A DNA stretch of 63,405 nucleotides, counting the filler. It is 9 parts of 9 records of this genome, joined end to end, with 100 filler letters (N's around TTAATTAATTAA, not from the genome) between each part and the next. Parts side by side here need not be neighbours in the genome. Positions count along the whole stretch, not along the records: positions 52,703 to 57,771 come from SRR31147125_12629; positions 57,872 to 63,405 come from SRR31147125_12672; 7 more parts are not named here. One strand, 5' to 3'. Made by a program: the position numbers and the translations under genes. How positions within the stretch are numbered: the stretch's first letter is position 1; each line of letters begins with the position of its first letter. Below, piece after piece: positions 52,703 through 63,405 of the stretch. The notes beneath the pieces are model-generated. The model was not told where the DNA came from, did no database searches, and saw only the letters and a program-made list of their open reading frames with translations.

Positions 52703-55156
52703 GACTTCCAAACGAAGCCCCGTGGTCAGGACTTCATCGAATGTAACGGAATTCCAGGTATCCTTCTGCGTTCCATAACTGCCATCGACACTCACAGGCG
52801 TCCAGAAATCTCCCTTCAAGTGAAAGAGCTTCCAGGATTGGGGGACACGGCACTGGCCCACTCCGGTATCATCGAACCAGTAAACTGACGCAGCGGAAAC
52901 CTTTCTGGCTTCATCGAAATTATATTGAACCCATTCTTTGCTGCCGCGACGGTCCCACCAGGTATATCGCGGAATCGAGTGGTCACCGGAAGAGGACGGC
53001 AGCACCTCGTCACACAATGCAGATACGTCATCAAATGCATTCTGGTGTGAAGCATTTGCCGGATAGAGCGTCTTGCGAGGTGCTTTTGCCGGCTTCCAGT
53101 CCGTCGCCTGCGGGTCGTCACCAATCGTCGGAAACGCCGAGATTCGCAATTTAGCGGCTCCCATCGGAACCAGCGTAACAGTTTCGGTCGGCTCATCAGA
53201 ACGAACCGGGCTATCCTGAAGAATGGCACACAAGCCGTGCTCATCCAGTGTCCAGTTGGGAATCTTTTTGGCTTTGGTCTTGATTTCCAGCGGCACCGTC
53301 TCCTGGGTAAAGGGGAAGTTGTTTTCGGGCCATTTCTTCTTAACCAGCGTAAACGACTTCAAGACATTTTCTTCATTCAGAACCAAGCCGTAATTCCATG
53401 CCGAGTCAGGATGTATTTCATACGACGGCCAACGGTCCGTGTCGACACCGTCCTGCCACTTTGAATCCCAAATCGCGGTTTTTATGCTGTCGAGCTTGAC
53501 ATATCGTTCATCAATCTTTAGCGAAAACGTCAACGGACCATAATCGACACTCACACTGTTATGATTCTTTTCCCACGTCCTGAGACTCATTTCCATGGGC
53601 AGTTCCAGCGTTACCTGATCGCCGTTTTTCCATGTCCGTTCGATGCGAATATAGCTGGACGGCTTTGCCTTGACTTTCAACCGCTTGCCGTTGACTTTCA
53701 CAGTAGGACTATCGCACCATTTCGGTACGCGCAGATAGAGCGGAAACTTTACCTTCTTTGAGGTTGACAGTTCCAAACGCACCTGCTCTTCAAATGGATA
53801 ATTCGTTTCTTCGGTAATGGTCACCTCGGTTCCGTTGCCCACTTTAACGACAACCTCGCTGGCGGCGTACATCGCGGCACAGACACCATTGTCCGGCGTC
53901 GCCCACCAAAGTGATTTGCTGTAATACGGCCAGCCGTGAGAATGGTTGTGCTGGCAACAGCGGGAGCTGAACGGATTCATCATTAAAAAAGGCCCGCCGT
54001 TGTCAATGCCGGGACGGTGATTTTTCTGGTCACTGAGGACCATATTGGGGCCGGTCAGATATCGCAGCGATTTGAAATCCGCCATGACGGCGGCGGGGTA
54101 ACTGTTAAAGGCAATTTCTTCACAATGATCGGCCCAAAACGGATCTCCCGAAATACGCATCAGCAACTCGTCCGACAGCATCTGTTCGACTAGACCACAG
54201 GTTTCCACACACTGGCGCGGATCATCATAGCCAACACGGCAATTTTCGTCGCCACCAAACATCCCGCCGGGAACCTGACCGAATCGTTTGCGGATTTCGA
54301 AGAAATTCTTATAAGCAAATTCCAAATCTTTCGGATCGTGACTTTGCAGGTAATACGTCGCCGGTTCGCCGAACGCCTGGGCAACATTGACATTGTGCCA
54401 GTTCGGCAGATCATTTTCTTTTCGCCAATCGGCTGTATTGCGATCCATCTTCGTGGCCAGGTCCAGCAGCCATTTGTCGCCGGTGCGATTGTAGAGCCAG
54501 TAAATACTATAGATATTATCACCGCCGCGCATCCGCTGCCAGTAGTCCGTCAGCATCGCTTCATCGGGAACCGACAGTTGATACTTGAAATAATTCGTCA
54601 TCAAGTCGAGTACGCGATCATCGCCAGAATATTCGTAATAGGACTGCAAACAAAAGAGCATAATCATGTTGGCCCAGTAGTCGCGGCTCCCGTCTTCGAA
54701 ACGGTGGTCCGGCCCAAAATCGCCGTCAGCCCGCTGGCTGTTGAGCGTGCCTTCAATCCAGATTTTCGTTTCGCGAATCATATCCGGATCCTCGAGAATA
54801 TATCCCATATCGCCGTACCCTTTCAGCCAGTACGGCAGCTCTTCCCACCCCCATTCGCCTTTGCCGTCTTTGCTGAGCCAGGCATTATCCTCTTTTTGAA
54901 GCCAGGCACTGATTTCGCCAAGATGGCCGGTCAGTCCGTCGCGTTGGCGATGCAGATATTCCAGCAGCCACCCCTTTGGCTTAATCGAACCGACGGGCAA
55001 TTCAATAAACTGACTGGGCATCAGCGGCTCGCGGTTAGTGATATAGTAGTCATTTGTTTCAGAGGTGTCCGGTCGATCCACGACGGTTACGGAATCTTTT
55101 GCATAAAGAGAACAGACCATCAACAACACGAATACAATAAGCAGCCTTGACTTCAT
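52703..55156 (-). CDS. GH127/GH146-like beta-L-arabinofuranosidase with a C-terminal discoidin/CBM-like domain (3' truncated)
   Basis: Signal peptide; GSIKPKGWL, WEELPYW, HNVN, ETC, CEEIAFN, CCQHN, ETNYPF, LRVPKW, LVPMGA. Confidence 0.88.
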
Positions 55157-55177
55157 AACAATTTCCTCTTTTTAATG

Positions 55178-55216
55178 AATGCCCCCTCTTCATCCCTGAA
55201 GCGGGGGCGTTTATTT
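55178..55216. terminator. Intergenic GC-rich hairpin
   Basis: GCCCCC-TTCA..TGAA-GGGGGC between GH2 and GH127. Confidence 0.5.
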
Positions 55217-55242
55217 TCACAAATGACTGTACTACCTTGCGG

Positions 55243-57477
55243 CTATTGCTGCTGGATCAACTCCACCAAACCGGCATCAATGAACTGGCCACCTTCAGTT
55301 TGACGGCAGTGAATCGCAATTGTATTAGTACCGGCCTTCAGTAACTTAGCGGCATCCGACGGCAGAGGTACAAAGGTATAGCTTCCGACATAGCCTGAGA
55401 GTTCTTTGACCAAGGTGCCATTCAGATAAATCTCGGCGTCTTCATCGTGGTGGATTATTAAGGCCAGGTCGCTGTCGGCAGAGACCTTGTCCAGATTGAA
55501 GGTGCGACGCAGCCAGATATCGGAGGTATTCCATTCGGTACCAATGACTGCCCCCGGAGTGCCGGACGTTCCAAAGCCCCCCAGTGCCGTTTTCCAGTCG
55601 GCGTCATTGAATGAAGCCTGATGCCAACCTGAAGCCGGAGCCTGCGTTGTATAACGCCATTCTTTCTTGAATTCCCGGCTTGTTTCGGCCAGTGTCTTAA
55701 TTGTTGGCGGGTCCAAATAAAGTTTCCGGGCCGCTTCAGCGCTTCGCTCTAAATCCAACTTTACAACCTTACGGTCATAGGTCAATAATCCGTTGACTTC
55801 GATTTCCACGTCCGATGTTTGTGTGTAAACAGCCGCAGCCAACCCCTTACCAATCAGAGGACGCATCGCGGTCATTAAGCTCACATACGCATCGGTCAGT
55901 TCGTCGGTGTTTTTATACGAAATGTACCCCCAGTTACGATCCGCCTGCCAGAGGTGGTCTTCCATCGGCAATCCGAGACCGCCAAACTCTCCTAAAACCA
56001 CAGCACGATTATCCTCGACGGGCCGCATGCCGGGGCCGGGATAATTGTGCATATCAGAAATATCTCCGCTGCCGCGATCATTCCAGCCGCTGGCTTCGTT
56101 AATCGGACGCGTCGGATCATAGGCCTGCATCCATTCGACGACCTCGACTGTATCATGCTGGCCCCAGCCTTCATTAAACGGAACCCACATTACAATACAG
56201 GGAAAGTTATGCAGTGTATCAACCATGGCTTTCAGCTCGGTCCGGAAGTTGGCTTTGCTTTTCTCATTGCGGCCGGTTTCGCCGGCAGGCATATCCTGCC
56301 AGACGAGCAGTCCCAGCTTATCACAGAGATAATACCAGCGGGCACATTCGTACTTGGCATGCTTGCGGGCCATGTTCATGCCGAACTTTTTGGTCATCAC
56401 AATATCGTATTCCATGGCTTCTTCGGTTGTCGGGGTCAACAGTCCATCCGGCCACCAGCCCTGATCCAGCGGACCATACTGGAAAACAACCTTGTTATTT
56501 AAAAACAGACGATTGATTCCTTCGGCATCCTTTTTCATCTCAATCTTACGCATCCCGAAGTAGCTGTCTACGCTGTCGGTCTTTTTCCAGCCATCCACCA
56601 GCGATACTTCAAGATCATAGAGGTTGGGAGTGTCCGGACTCCAGAGTTTAGCGTCTTTAATCTCCAACTCAATGACCTGTCCGGCCTTACCCTTGACGTC
56701 CGCAATCTTTTTGTTTCCGTCTTTAGCGGCAATCTTGACATCGCTTTCACCGGAAGCATTCACCGTTACCTGCACCACGCCGCGGTCAATATCGGGGATA
56801 ATCTTCAAAGACTGAATATACGTTGCCGGCACGGTTTCAAACCAGACCGTCTGCCAGATACCAGTGACAGCGGTATACATGATTCCGCCGGGCTTGAGTA
56901 CCTGTTTGCCTTTGGGCTGCCAGCCGGTATCCGTCGGATCCCAGACTTTCACGATCAGTTCGTTGTCGCCGTCTTTGAGGATACCACTGATATCGAAGTT
57001 GAACGGATCAAATCCGCCTGTGTGCATCCCCACCAGGCTGCCGTTGACCCAGACTGTTGACTGCCAGTCAACCGCACCGAAATGCAGCAACAGCTTCTCA
57101 CCTTTTTTGATCTTCGGAGCCTTAAATGTCGTGCGATACCACAAGCACTGTTCGGGCAGTACCTTTTTCATTACACCGCTTAATGCCGACTCAGCACAGA
57201 AAGGAACCAGAATTTCACCGTCCCATTGTGTCGGCCTAGCGATATCTTTACTGACAATCGCATAATCCCACAGACCATTCAGGTTTTCCCAATTGTCGCG
57301 AACCATTTGAGGTCGCGGGTACTCAGGCCAAACGTTGTCCGGTGTGACATCACTAGCCCACGGTGTCGTCAGGGGGCCTGTTTTCATCTGCCAATTATCC
57401 GCCCAAACCATACTCGATAAAACGATCATTAAAATTAACACGAGATTTTTCCGATTCACGTCCCTTATCCTTTCCAT
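55243..57477 (-). CDS. Secreted GH2 glycoside hydrolase
   Basis: PEYPRPQ, LNGLWDY, HFGAVDW, TGIWQTVW, GPLDQGWWPDG, WVPFNEGWGQ, GEFGG, YTQTSDVEIEVNG; start may be the GTG at about 57459. Confidence 0.92.
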   Translation of the reverse strand: MERIRDVNRKNLVLILMIVLSSMVWADNWQMKTGPLTTPWASDVTPDNVWPEYPRPQMVRDNWENLNGLWDYAIVSKDIARPTQWDGEILVPFCAESALSGVMKKVLPEQCLWYRTTFKAPKIKKGEKLLLHFGAVDWQSTVWVNGSLVGMHTGGFDPFNFDISGILKDGDNELIVKVWDPTDTGWQPKGKQVLKPGGIMYTAVTGIWQTVWFETVPATYIQSLKIIPDIDRGVVQVTVNASGESDVKIAAKDGNKKIADVKGKAGQVIELEIKDAKLWSPDTPNLYDLEVSLVDGWKKTDSVDSYFGMRKIEMKKDAEGINRLFLNNKVVFQYGPLDQGWWPDGLLTPTTEEAMEYDIVMTKKFGMNMARKHAKYECARWYYLCDKLGLLVWQDMPAGETGRNEKSKANFRTELKAMVDTLHNFPCIVMWVPFNEGWGQHDTVEVVEWMQAYDPTRPINEASGWNDRGSGDISDMHNYPGPGMRPVEDNRAVVLGEFGGLGLPMEDHLWQADRNWGYISYKNTDELTDAYVSLMTAMRPLIGKGLAAAVYTQTSDVEIEVNGLLTYDRKVVKLDLERSAEAARKLYLDPPTIKTLAETSREFKKEWRYTTQAPASGWHQASFNDADWKTALGGFGTSGTPGAVIGTEWNTSDIWLRRTFNLDKVSADSDLALIIHHDEDAEIYLNGTLVKELSGYVGSYTFVPLPSDAAKLLKAGTNTIAIHCRQTEGGQFIDAGLVELIQQQ

Positions 57478-57521
57478 TATAGACTTTCATATATTTCGTT
57501 TTTCAATGTCTTCTCTTAATC

Positions 57522-57771
57522 TCAATCCAACTGTGACAATCCCAGTCGCGGGTATCCAAAGACACACCAGTCTGAGTCCGTCGATCGCGACCCCGGAACA
57601 TCGGGATGGTCCGGATCACGGCCATCGGTGACAACCAGCGTCAAAAAACGATCCAACTGATTCAACGGAATATCGATCGTCCTGGCCTTGCCTTTTTCGG
57701 TGAAAGCAAAGCTGGAATATCGAACCTGGCCATCCACCAATACCCACACATCGGCATTGCCCTGACGCGGC
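57522..57771 (-). CDS. C-terminal fragment with an NPCBM-like domain (5' truncated)
   Basis: VWVLVDGQVRY...IDIPL...RFLTLVVTDG...DWCVFGYPRL. Confidence 0.65.
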
Positions 57772-57871
57772 NNNNNNNNNNNNNNNNNNNNNNNNNNNNN
57801 NNNNNNNNNNNNNNNTTAATTAATTAANNNNNNNNNNNNNNNNNNNNNNNNNNNNNNNNNNNNNNNNNNNN
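57772..57871. other. Artificial contig spacer
   Basis: Same linker. Confidence 0.98.
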
Positions 57872-57896
57872 GACAAATAAAGATTTCAAAAACATA

Positions 57897-57930
57897 AAAA
57901 GCCTGTAAGTCATTTGACTTACAGGCTTTT
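57897..57930. repeat. Perfect inverted repeat (terminator or island-junction hairpin)
   Basis: AAAAGCCTGTAAGTCA-TT-TGACTTACAGGCTTTT. Confidence 0.75.
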
Positions 57931-58153
57931 CTGTTTTTATCACATCAATTTAAATCAATAAATATCATAAATAATGTGAATTCGTTTTTATTTTACCTTT
58001 GATTGAGTTGGTGAGTAACTGGTTGAATGTCAGTTGTTAGTGGTGTTTGGTTTGGTGATAGACTATTCGAGTTTGACATCTTTTAAACTTAATTCTGTGT
58101 GTTACCAACTGAAACACATCAAAATGGATTAAATCGTTCTAAAATTATATGTT

Positions 58154-58339
58154 ATGAAAAAATCCCACACATTCGATATCCAATTTATCATTCGCGCTGG
58201 AAAAAGGGATAAAGGTAAAGGGATTATTTATGCACGTACTACAGTAGAAAGCAAGCGTACTGAAATATCCCTCAAAAAGACTATAACAATTGATGATTGG
58301 AATAAAATTCTTGGAATAGTTAAATTAAAAGTATTATAA
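58154..58339 (+). pseudogene. Truncated Bacteroidota tyrosine integrase (arm-binding domain only)
   Basis: TFDIQFIIR...IYARTTVESKRTEISLK..I..DDWN matches the CTnDOT-like Arm-DNA-binding N-terminus; stops after 61 aa with no catalytic domain. Confidence 0.75.
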
Positions 58340-58423
58340 AATAACTAAATGCAAATCCATATTCAATTTCTTTATTTATTAAAATATTGGAAAGTTGAGA
58401 CAATTTGATTTTGTTAATCATTT

Positions 58424-58461
58424 AATATATACGGTAACAAATTTAAGTTACCGTATATATT
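58424..58461 (-). terminator. Terminator-like hairpin after susD
   Basis: AATATATACGGTAAC-loop-GTTACCGTATATATT. Confidence 0.7.
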
Positions 58462-58471
58462 TGATTATAAA

Positions 58472-60094
58472 TTACCAATTAGAATTTTGAATAAGATTTT
58501 CATTAAGTAGAGTTTCTGTATATGGATATGGAAAGAGTTCATCTCTTCCAGTTTTAAATCCTGTAGAATTTTGTACAGATTCCTGAATAAAATCATAGAA
58601 ATCTGGGGAACCGTTTTCCAAATTCACTTCACCAACATATCCTGTGAAACTATAAGAGAATAATCCACGCTCGCTTAATTCAGTATCTGCATCTCCCCAA
58701 CGAATAAGATCAAGGAAACGATCGCCCTCAAAAGCAAGTTCTGCTCTTTTTTCATCTTTTACATCTTCAATAGTTAATACTGATAATTCATTAAGACCTG
58801 CACGTATACGTACTTTATTCAGAGCTGATAATCCATTTATTGCATTGGCTCCAGACAATACACATGCTTCAGCATAATTTAATAATACTTCTGCATATCT
58901 CATACCTGGCCAATTTGCAAATGAATAAATATCTGAATTGCCTGTGTGGTTAAAAGTTTCATCTTTATAGACATACATTTTTGAACGCATATAACCTTGG
59001 CAATCTGAAATAATTGGTGATTCATTCCAAAACATTCCTATGGCTTCTGTTCTATTCTCTGCATTTTCAAGTTCAATAAATTTATCGAGAATATCTTCAT
59101 AATCCCAGACTGTTCCCATATAACGAGCTTTCCCTTTCTCACCCCGGTTAACCATAAAATTGTAAAAATCGGATGTTAAAGTGGAAGCAAAACCGAATCC
59201 ACTACCACCTGTTCCTCCGGGCATATTACAGTTTTCAGAACGCCATCTTAAATATACGGTTCTTGCATCTGATTCAGACGTATAATTTGCAGCATTGTTG
59301 TCATTTATATTCCACTCCCACATATATTCTTTACAAAAATCTGCTTGAGGATGATAAAGCTCCGTGAAATCATCAATTAAATCATATAGATTTGAATTAA
59401 TAACAGTTTCAAATGAAGTTATAGCATTTGAGTAGTTTCCTGCCCACAATTGAGCTTTTCCGAGTAGAGCATATGCCGAATGACTAGATACACGACCCCC
59501 AATACTACTCTGACCTGAAAAATCAGATTTATTCGGAAGACGTAAAATTGCTTCCTGTAAACTTGTTTCAACATAATTCCACAACTGGGTTGTTTCTCCA
59601 TTTGGTGGGGTAAGTTCATTACTTGTGAGAATATGATCTATTAATGGAGGATTGCCCCAGCCTTGAATTAGATAGGTATTTGCCCATGCTCTCCAAAAAT
59701 ATGCTTCTCCTACTATCTGCTTTTTTGAATCAGAGTTTTCATCTACATTTTCAATAATCATATTACATAAATAATTTACTCTGTAGAAAAATGAGAAAAG
59801 ATCGTTTGCAGGATGATTAGAAGCGGATATACTTACGTTTGAATATGCTCCTCCTGTTTGTAGTAGATCGTTAGATAATGCACTCCACATTGTCATCCAT
59901 TCATAACTCGTATTTTCGAATACATATTTATAAATATATGCGATAAGTGCTTCTGCTTCTTCGTCAGATGCATTAGCATAGTATTCTTTTGTTTCTATTG
60001 CTCCTTGCTGGGTTATATCTAATAAATCCTGATTACAAGAATTTAGAAAAACCCCAGAAATCGAAATAATAATAATTAAAATATATTTTTTCAT
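58472..60094 (-). CDS. susD: RagB/SusD outer-membrane lipoprotein
   Basis: LNSC lipobox, GEAYFWRA, AYALLGKAQL, MRYAEVLLNYAEA, ELAFEGDRFLDLIRWG, QNSNW. Confidence 0.95.
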   Translation of the reverse strand: MKKYILIIIISISGVFLNSCNQDLLDITQQGAIETKEYYANASDEEAEALIAYIYKYVFENTSYEWMTMWSALSNDLLQTGGAYSNVSISASNHPANDLFSFFYRVNYLCNMIIENVDENSDSKKQIVGEAYFWRAWANTYLIQGWGNPPLIDHILTSNELTPPNGETTQLWNYVETSLQEAILRLPNKSDFSGQSSIGGRVSSHSAYALLGKAQLWAGNYSNAITSFETVINSNLYDLIDDFTELYHPQADFCKEYMWEWNINDNNAANYTSESDARTVYLRWRSENCNMPGGTGGSGFGFASTLTSDFYNFMVNRGEKGKARYMGTVWDYEDILDKFIELENAENRTEAIGMFWNESPIISDCQGYMRSKMYVYKDETFNHTGNSDIYSFANWPGMRYAEVLLNYAEACVLSGANAINGLSALNKVRIRAGLNELSVLTIEDVKDEKRAELAFEGDRFLDLIRWGDADTELSERGLFSYSFTGYVGEVNLENGSPDFYDFIQESVQNSTGFKTGRDELFPYPYTETLLNENLIQNSNW

Positions 60095-60116
60095 AATCTT
60101 TAATCTCTTTTTTTAT

Positions 60117-63100
60117 TTAGAACGATAAGTTGACACCAAAAACTATTTGTTTCATAGAGGGATAACTTACTTTATCAAGTCCTAGTGAACCTCCCCAAAA
60201 ACTTGCACCACCTGCATTTGACATTGATTCCGGATCATTGCCAGGATATGAAGTAAATGTGAAAAAGTTTTCTAATGAAATATATGTCCTTAATGAAGAT
60301 ATTTTAGCTCCAGGAGTTATTGATAAAGATGGGAAAGTGTATCCAAACTGAATCTGTTTTATCTTTAAATAAGATGCATCATGAACCCATAAATCAGACT
60401 GACTATACATTGCATCTGTTTGGTTTGCTTTTGGATATTTTGCGTTAGTGTTAGTATTTGTCCAACGGTCGGTATAAAGATACGCTGGGAGGTTAGCTAT
60501 TGGAAGGTCGGGTCTGTATACTGATAAAAACATTTCATTACCGTATACTCCCGATCCAAATAGTTTAAGGTCGAAGTTTTTATATTCGAAATTAAGTGTT
60601 AATCCAAATGTAAAGTCAGGTATACCAGATCCTACAAAGTCTTTCCCATCATCTGTACCCAGTTCCTCTGCTGTTTTATAAACAGGGAGTCCTGTGTTTT
60701 CATCAATATGATCTGTAATATATGTTCTGATATACCAAATTGGATATCCAGCTTCCATATATGTAACGGGCACATAAAAATTATATCCTCCAACCGTTCG
60801 ACCAGTTTCACCAAATGGGCTTTCAATTACTTCATTCTTTACTGTTGCCAGATTGGCATCAATACTATAATAGAAGTCTCCCTTTTTATCTCTCCACGAT
60901 AAGTCAAATTCAAATCCTGAGTTTACAATTTTTCCGCCATTAACAGTCTGAACCGTACATCCTGAAATATAGGGTGCATTGACTTCTGAAAGCATGTTGG
61001 TCGTTGTTTTATGATAATAATCAAAAATAAAGCTTAAACGATCATTTAAAAAACGTGAATCAAAACCAATATCAACTTGTTTAGACTCTTCCCAGGTCAG
61101 GCTTTTGTTTTCAAGCTGATCTGATGGATAAGCACCTGTAATTAAGCCAGATTCATTTGTCATAGAATAGTAATTTCCATTATCACCACCAATTGATAGT
61201 GTTGTACTATACGGATAATTATTTAAAGAACTAATATTTCCATTAATCCCCCATGATGCACGAACTTTAAGATTAGATAGTATCTCTGTATTTATATTTT
61301 CCATAAAAGACTCATTCATAACATTCCAAGCAGCAGATAATGAGGGAAAATACCCCCAACGATTATCTTTTGATAATTTTGATGTATCATAAGCATCTGC
61401 TCTAAATATTCCCTGAAGTGTAAATCTATTATCATATGTCCAACTTAATCGACTAAAATAAGAGATATTAGATTCTTCAGCTACATTTCCCTCCACCTCA
61501 TCATTAGCACTTGTTGATGAATAATTCAAATATCGATAGTTCTCATCTTCATTGGTTAACTTATCTGTAAATCCGTATTGATATTGTACATTATTACGGG
61601 CAAATTGCATACCTGCCATTACTGAAAAATCATTTTTTCCTACTGAAAATAAATAGCTGGCAAAATTTTCCCATTGAAAATAGAACCTTTGAAAAGTGGT
61701 GGCTTCGAAATTACCATTCTCTGAAACCTGATTAACATTCCAATAATATGGATGTTGATATTCAGTTGTGTAATCATTATTTATGCGGTATCCTAACCTT
61801 GAAGTTACGGTAAGATCTTTTATTGGAGTTAAATCGCCATAAATGGTACCGTTTATATTTGTCCTGCTTTTCTTGGTATCAAGATAATCAATCATTCCAA
61901 GAGGATTCCAAAGATTTGACTGCATAAGAGATGAAGCACCATATATTTTACCATCTCTTCTGAAAACATTATATCCTGTTGCTTCTGCATTTGTTAGGTA
62001 ACCTGGTGCATCGCTATCGTTTTCATAAACAATTGGAACCGATGGATCGTAATAGTAAGCTCCACCAATAACACTCCCAGTTCCTGTAAAGTTATTCTCT
62101 GAAACACTAGATGTTTTTCCTCTTTCAATAGAGTTGGTAGTTCCAATAGTTAACCAAGGTTTAAATTTATATCGTGCATTTACCTGAGCTGTAATTCTTT
62201 CATTTTTATCTTTATCTCCTACAACTATACCATTGTTATCAAGATAACTAAGTGAAACATACATTGAGCCCTGCTCATTACTTCCTTGAATTCCTAGTGT
62301 ATGAAGTTGCATATGTCCTTTGTCAAATATAACATCTTGCCAATCAGTATATGCGGTGCCAAATGAGCTTTGATCTGCTCGTCCGGATTCCATCCAATAT
62401 TCTTTAAACTGTGTCGCATTCATCATATTCATTTGGTTTGAAGCTGATGAAGTTATATACTGCATATTATAGAATATTTCAGAATTTCTTTTATTACCTG
62501 CACCAGACTTAGTTGTAATAAGTACAACTCCATTACCAGCTTCAGCACCATAAATAGCTGCAGATGCGGCATCTTTTAGTACCTCTATGGATTCAATACT
62601 TTCCGAACTAAGATAATTTATACTGGATACTTTTAATCCATCAACAATGTAAAGCGGATCGGAAGTACTTATGTTCGAATATCCTCTTACACGGAAAGTT
62701 GTTTCTGCATTTGGAGCTCCTGATGTGGCTAATACCTGCACTCCCGCAACTTTACCTTGCATGGCGTGTCCAACATCTTCAGCAGATCTGTTCGCAATTT
62801 CATCAGATTGAACAGATGCTATGGCACCAGTTACATTACTTTTTTCTGGACACCATAACCAACAGCAACAACTTCTTCCAAGCCAATGGTAGCTTTTTCT
62901 AATGTTACATCAATTGTTGTTTTTGTTCCAACCGATATTTCCTGGCTTTTCATTCCTATAAAAGAAAAAACAAGTACTGCTTCTTCTGAAACATTGGATA
63001 AAGAATAATTTCCTTTAAAATCAGTTGTAATACCTTTAGTCGTGCCTTTAACAATTACAGTAACCCCTGGCAATGGATCCCCATTTGAGTCAGTAATTGT

Positions 63101-63274
63101 ACCAGAGATAATTATTTGTGGTTGTTGTATTTCCCGTTCAGTAGTATCAATATCAGCATAAACCTGTTTGTTAGTCATTGATAGACAAATGAACATAATA
63201 AAAACAGACAAAACAGTGGATAATCTGATTTTAGTTAATTTTGATTCCTTAAATAGACAAATTTCAGGAATCAT
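60117..63274 (-). CDS. susC: SusC/RagA TonB-dependent transporter (1-bp frameshift at 62840-62845)
   Basis: GDPLPGVTV.VKGT, EEVVAVGYG, QGKVAGV, PLYIVDG, SIEVLKDAASAAIYG...NGVVLITTK, C-terminal F; one added base gives VQKKSNVTGAI; true start may be the ATG at 63293. Confidence 0.93.
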
Positions 63275-63405
63275 TCGAAAGTGATTTTTTCATACTTTTG
63301 TTTTGGTTCTTAATTAAAATTAGTTCGAGTCATTTGTAAAATGACTTTGACTTTTAAGTTCAATTTTTGGAGGGGATGCGACATCATTCCCTTCAAATTT
63401 TTTTT

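Noticed and set aside
63361-63400. Hairpin upstream of susC as a regulatory RNA
   Set aside because: It is cut by the window edge, and an ordinary leader or terminator hairpin cannot be distinguished from a regulator.

Overview
This window is not one locus. It joins nine unrelated fragments with identical 100-bp spacers (44 N + TTAATTAATTAA + 44 N) and looks like an anoxic-sediment metagenome (inference). (1) 1-7332, Bacteroidota: esterase, NUDIX, aminopeptidase P and a three-gene phosphorelay. (2) 7433-17223, Desulfuromonadales-like: accessory GNAT/pentapeptide genes, a CTAG-flanked MITE, a DUF362 Fe-S protein, an SPFH gene followed by a CDC48-like double-AAA + Lon-protease fusion, rubredoxin and ferredoxin. 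(3) 17324-25955, an intron-containing eukaryote: DNAH6-like dynein head-to-head with a DOCK GEF. (4) 26056-31596: integron integrase, thiC, thiDE under a TPP riboswitch, alr. (5) 31697-37374: TIGR02147 regulator-like gene, lipoprotein, C-terminally anchored protein and DUF3160. (6) 37475-43630: large NAD-glutamate dehydrogenase, rsmA, DUF2062. (7) 43731-52602, Desulfobacterales-like: SmsCB/SufCB, HPr-domain protein, ispD, NrtA-like protein, NlpC/P60-like protein, lptFG. (8) 52703-57771, Planctomycetota-like: GH127/GH2 cluster. (9) 57872-63405, Bacteroidota: susCD beside an integrase remnant. Many genes are split by 1-bp homopolymer indels, probably sequencing errors. The best candidate for an undescribed system is the SPFH + tandem-AAA-Lon protease pair (12038-16649), which the ORF track hides by splitting the protease into three ORFs. 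All family calls come from motif recognition by eye, not database searches.
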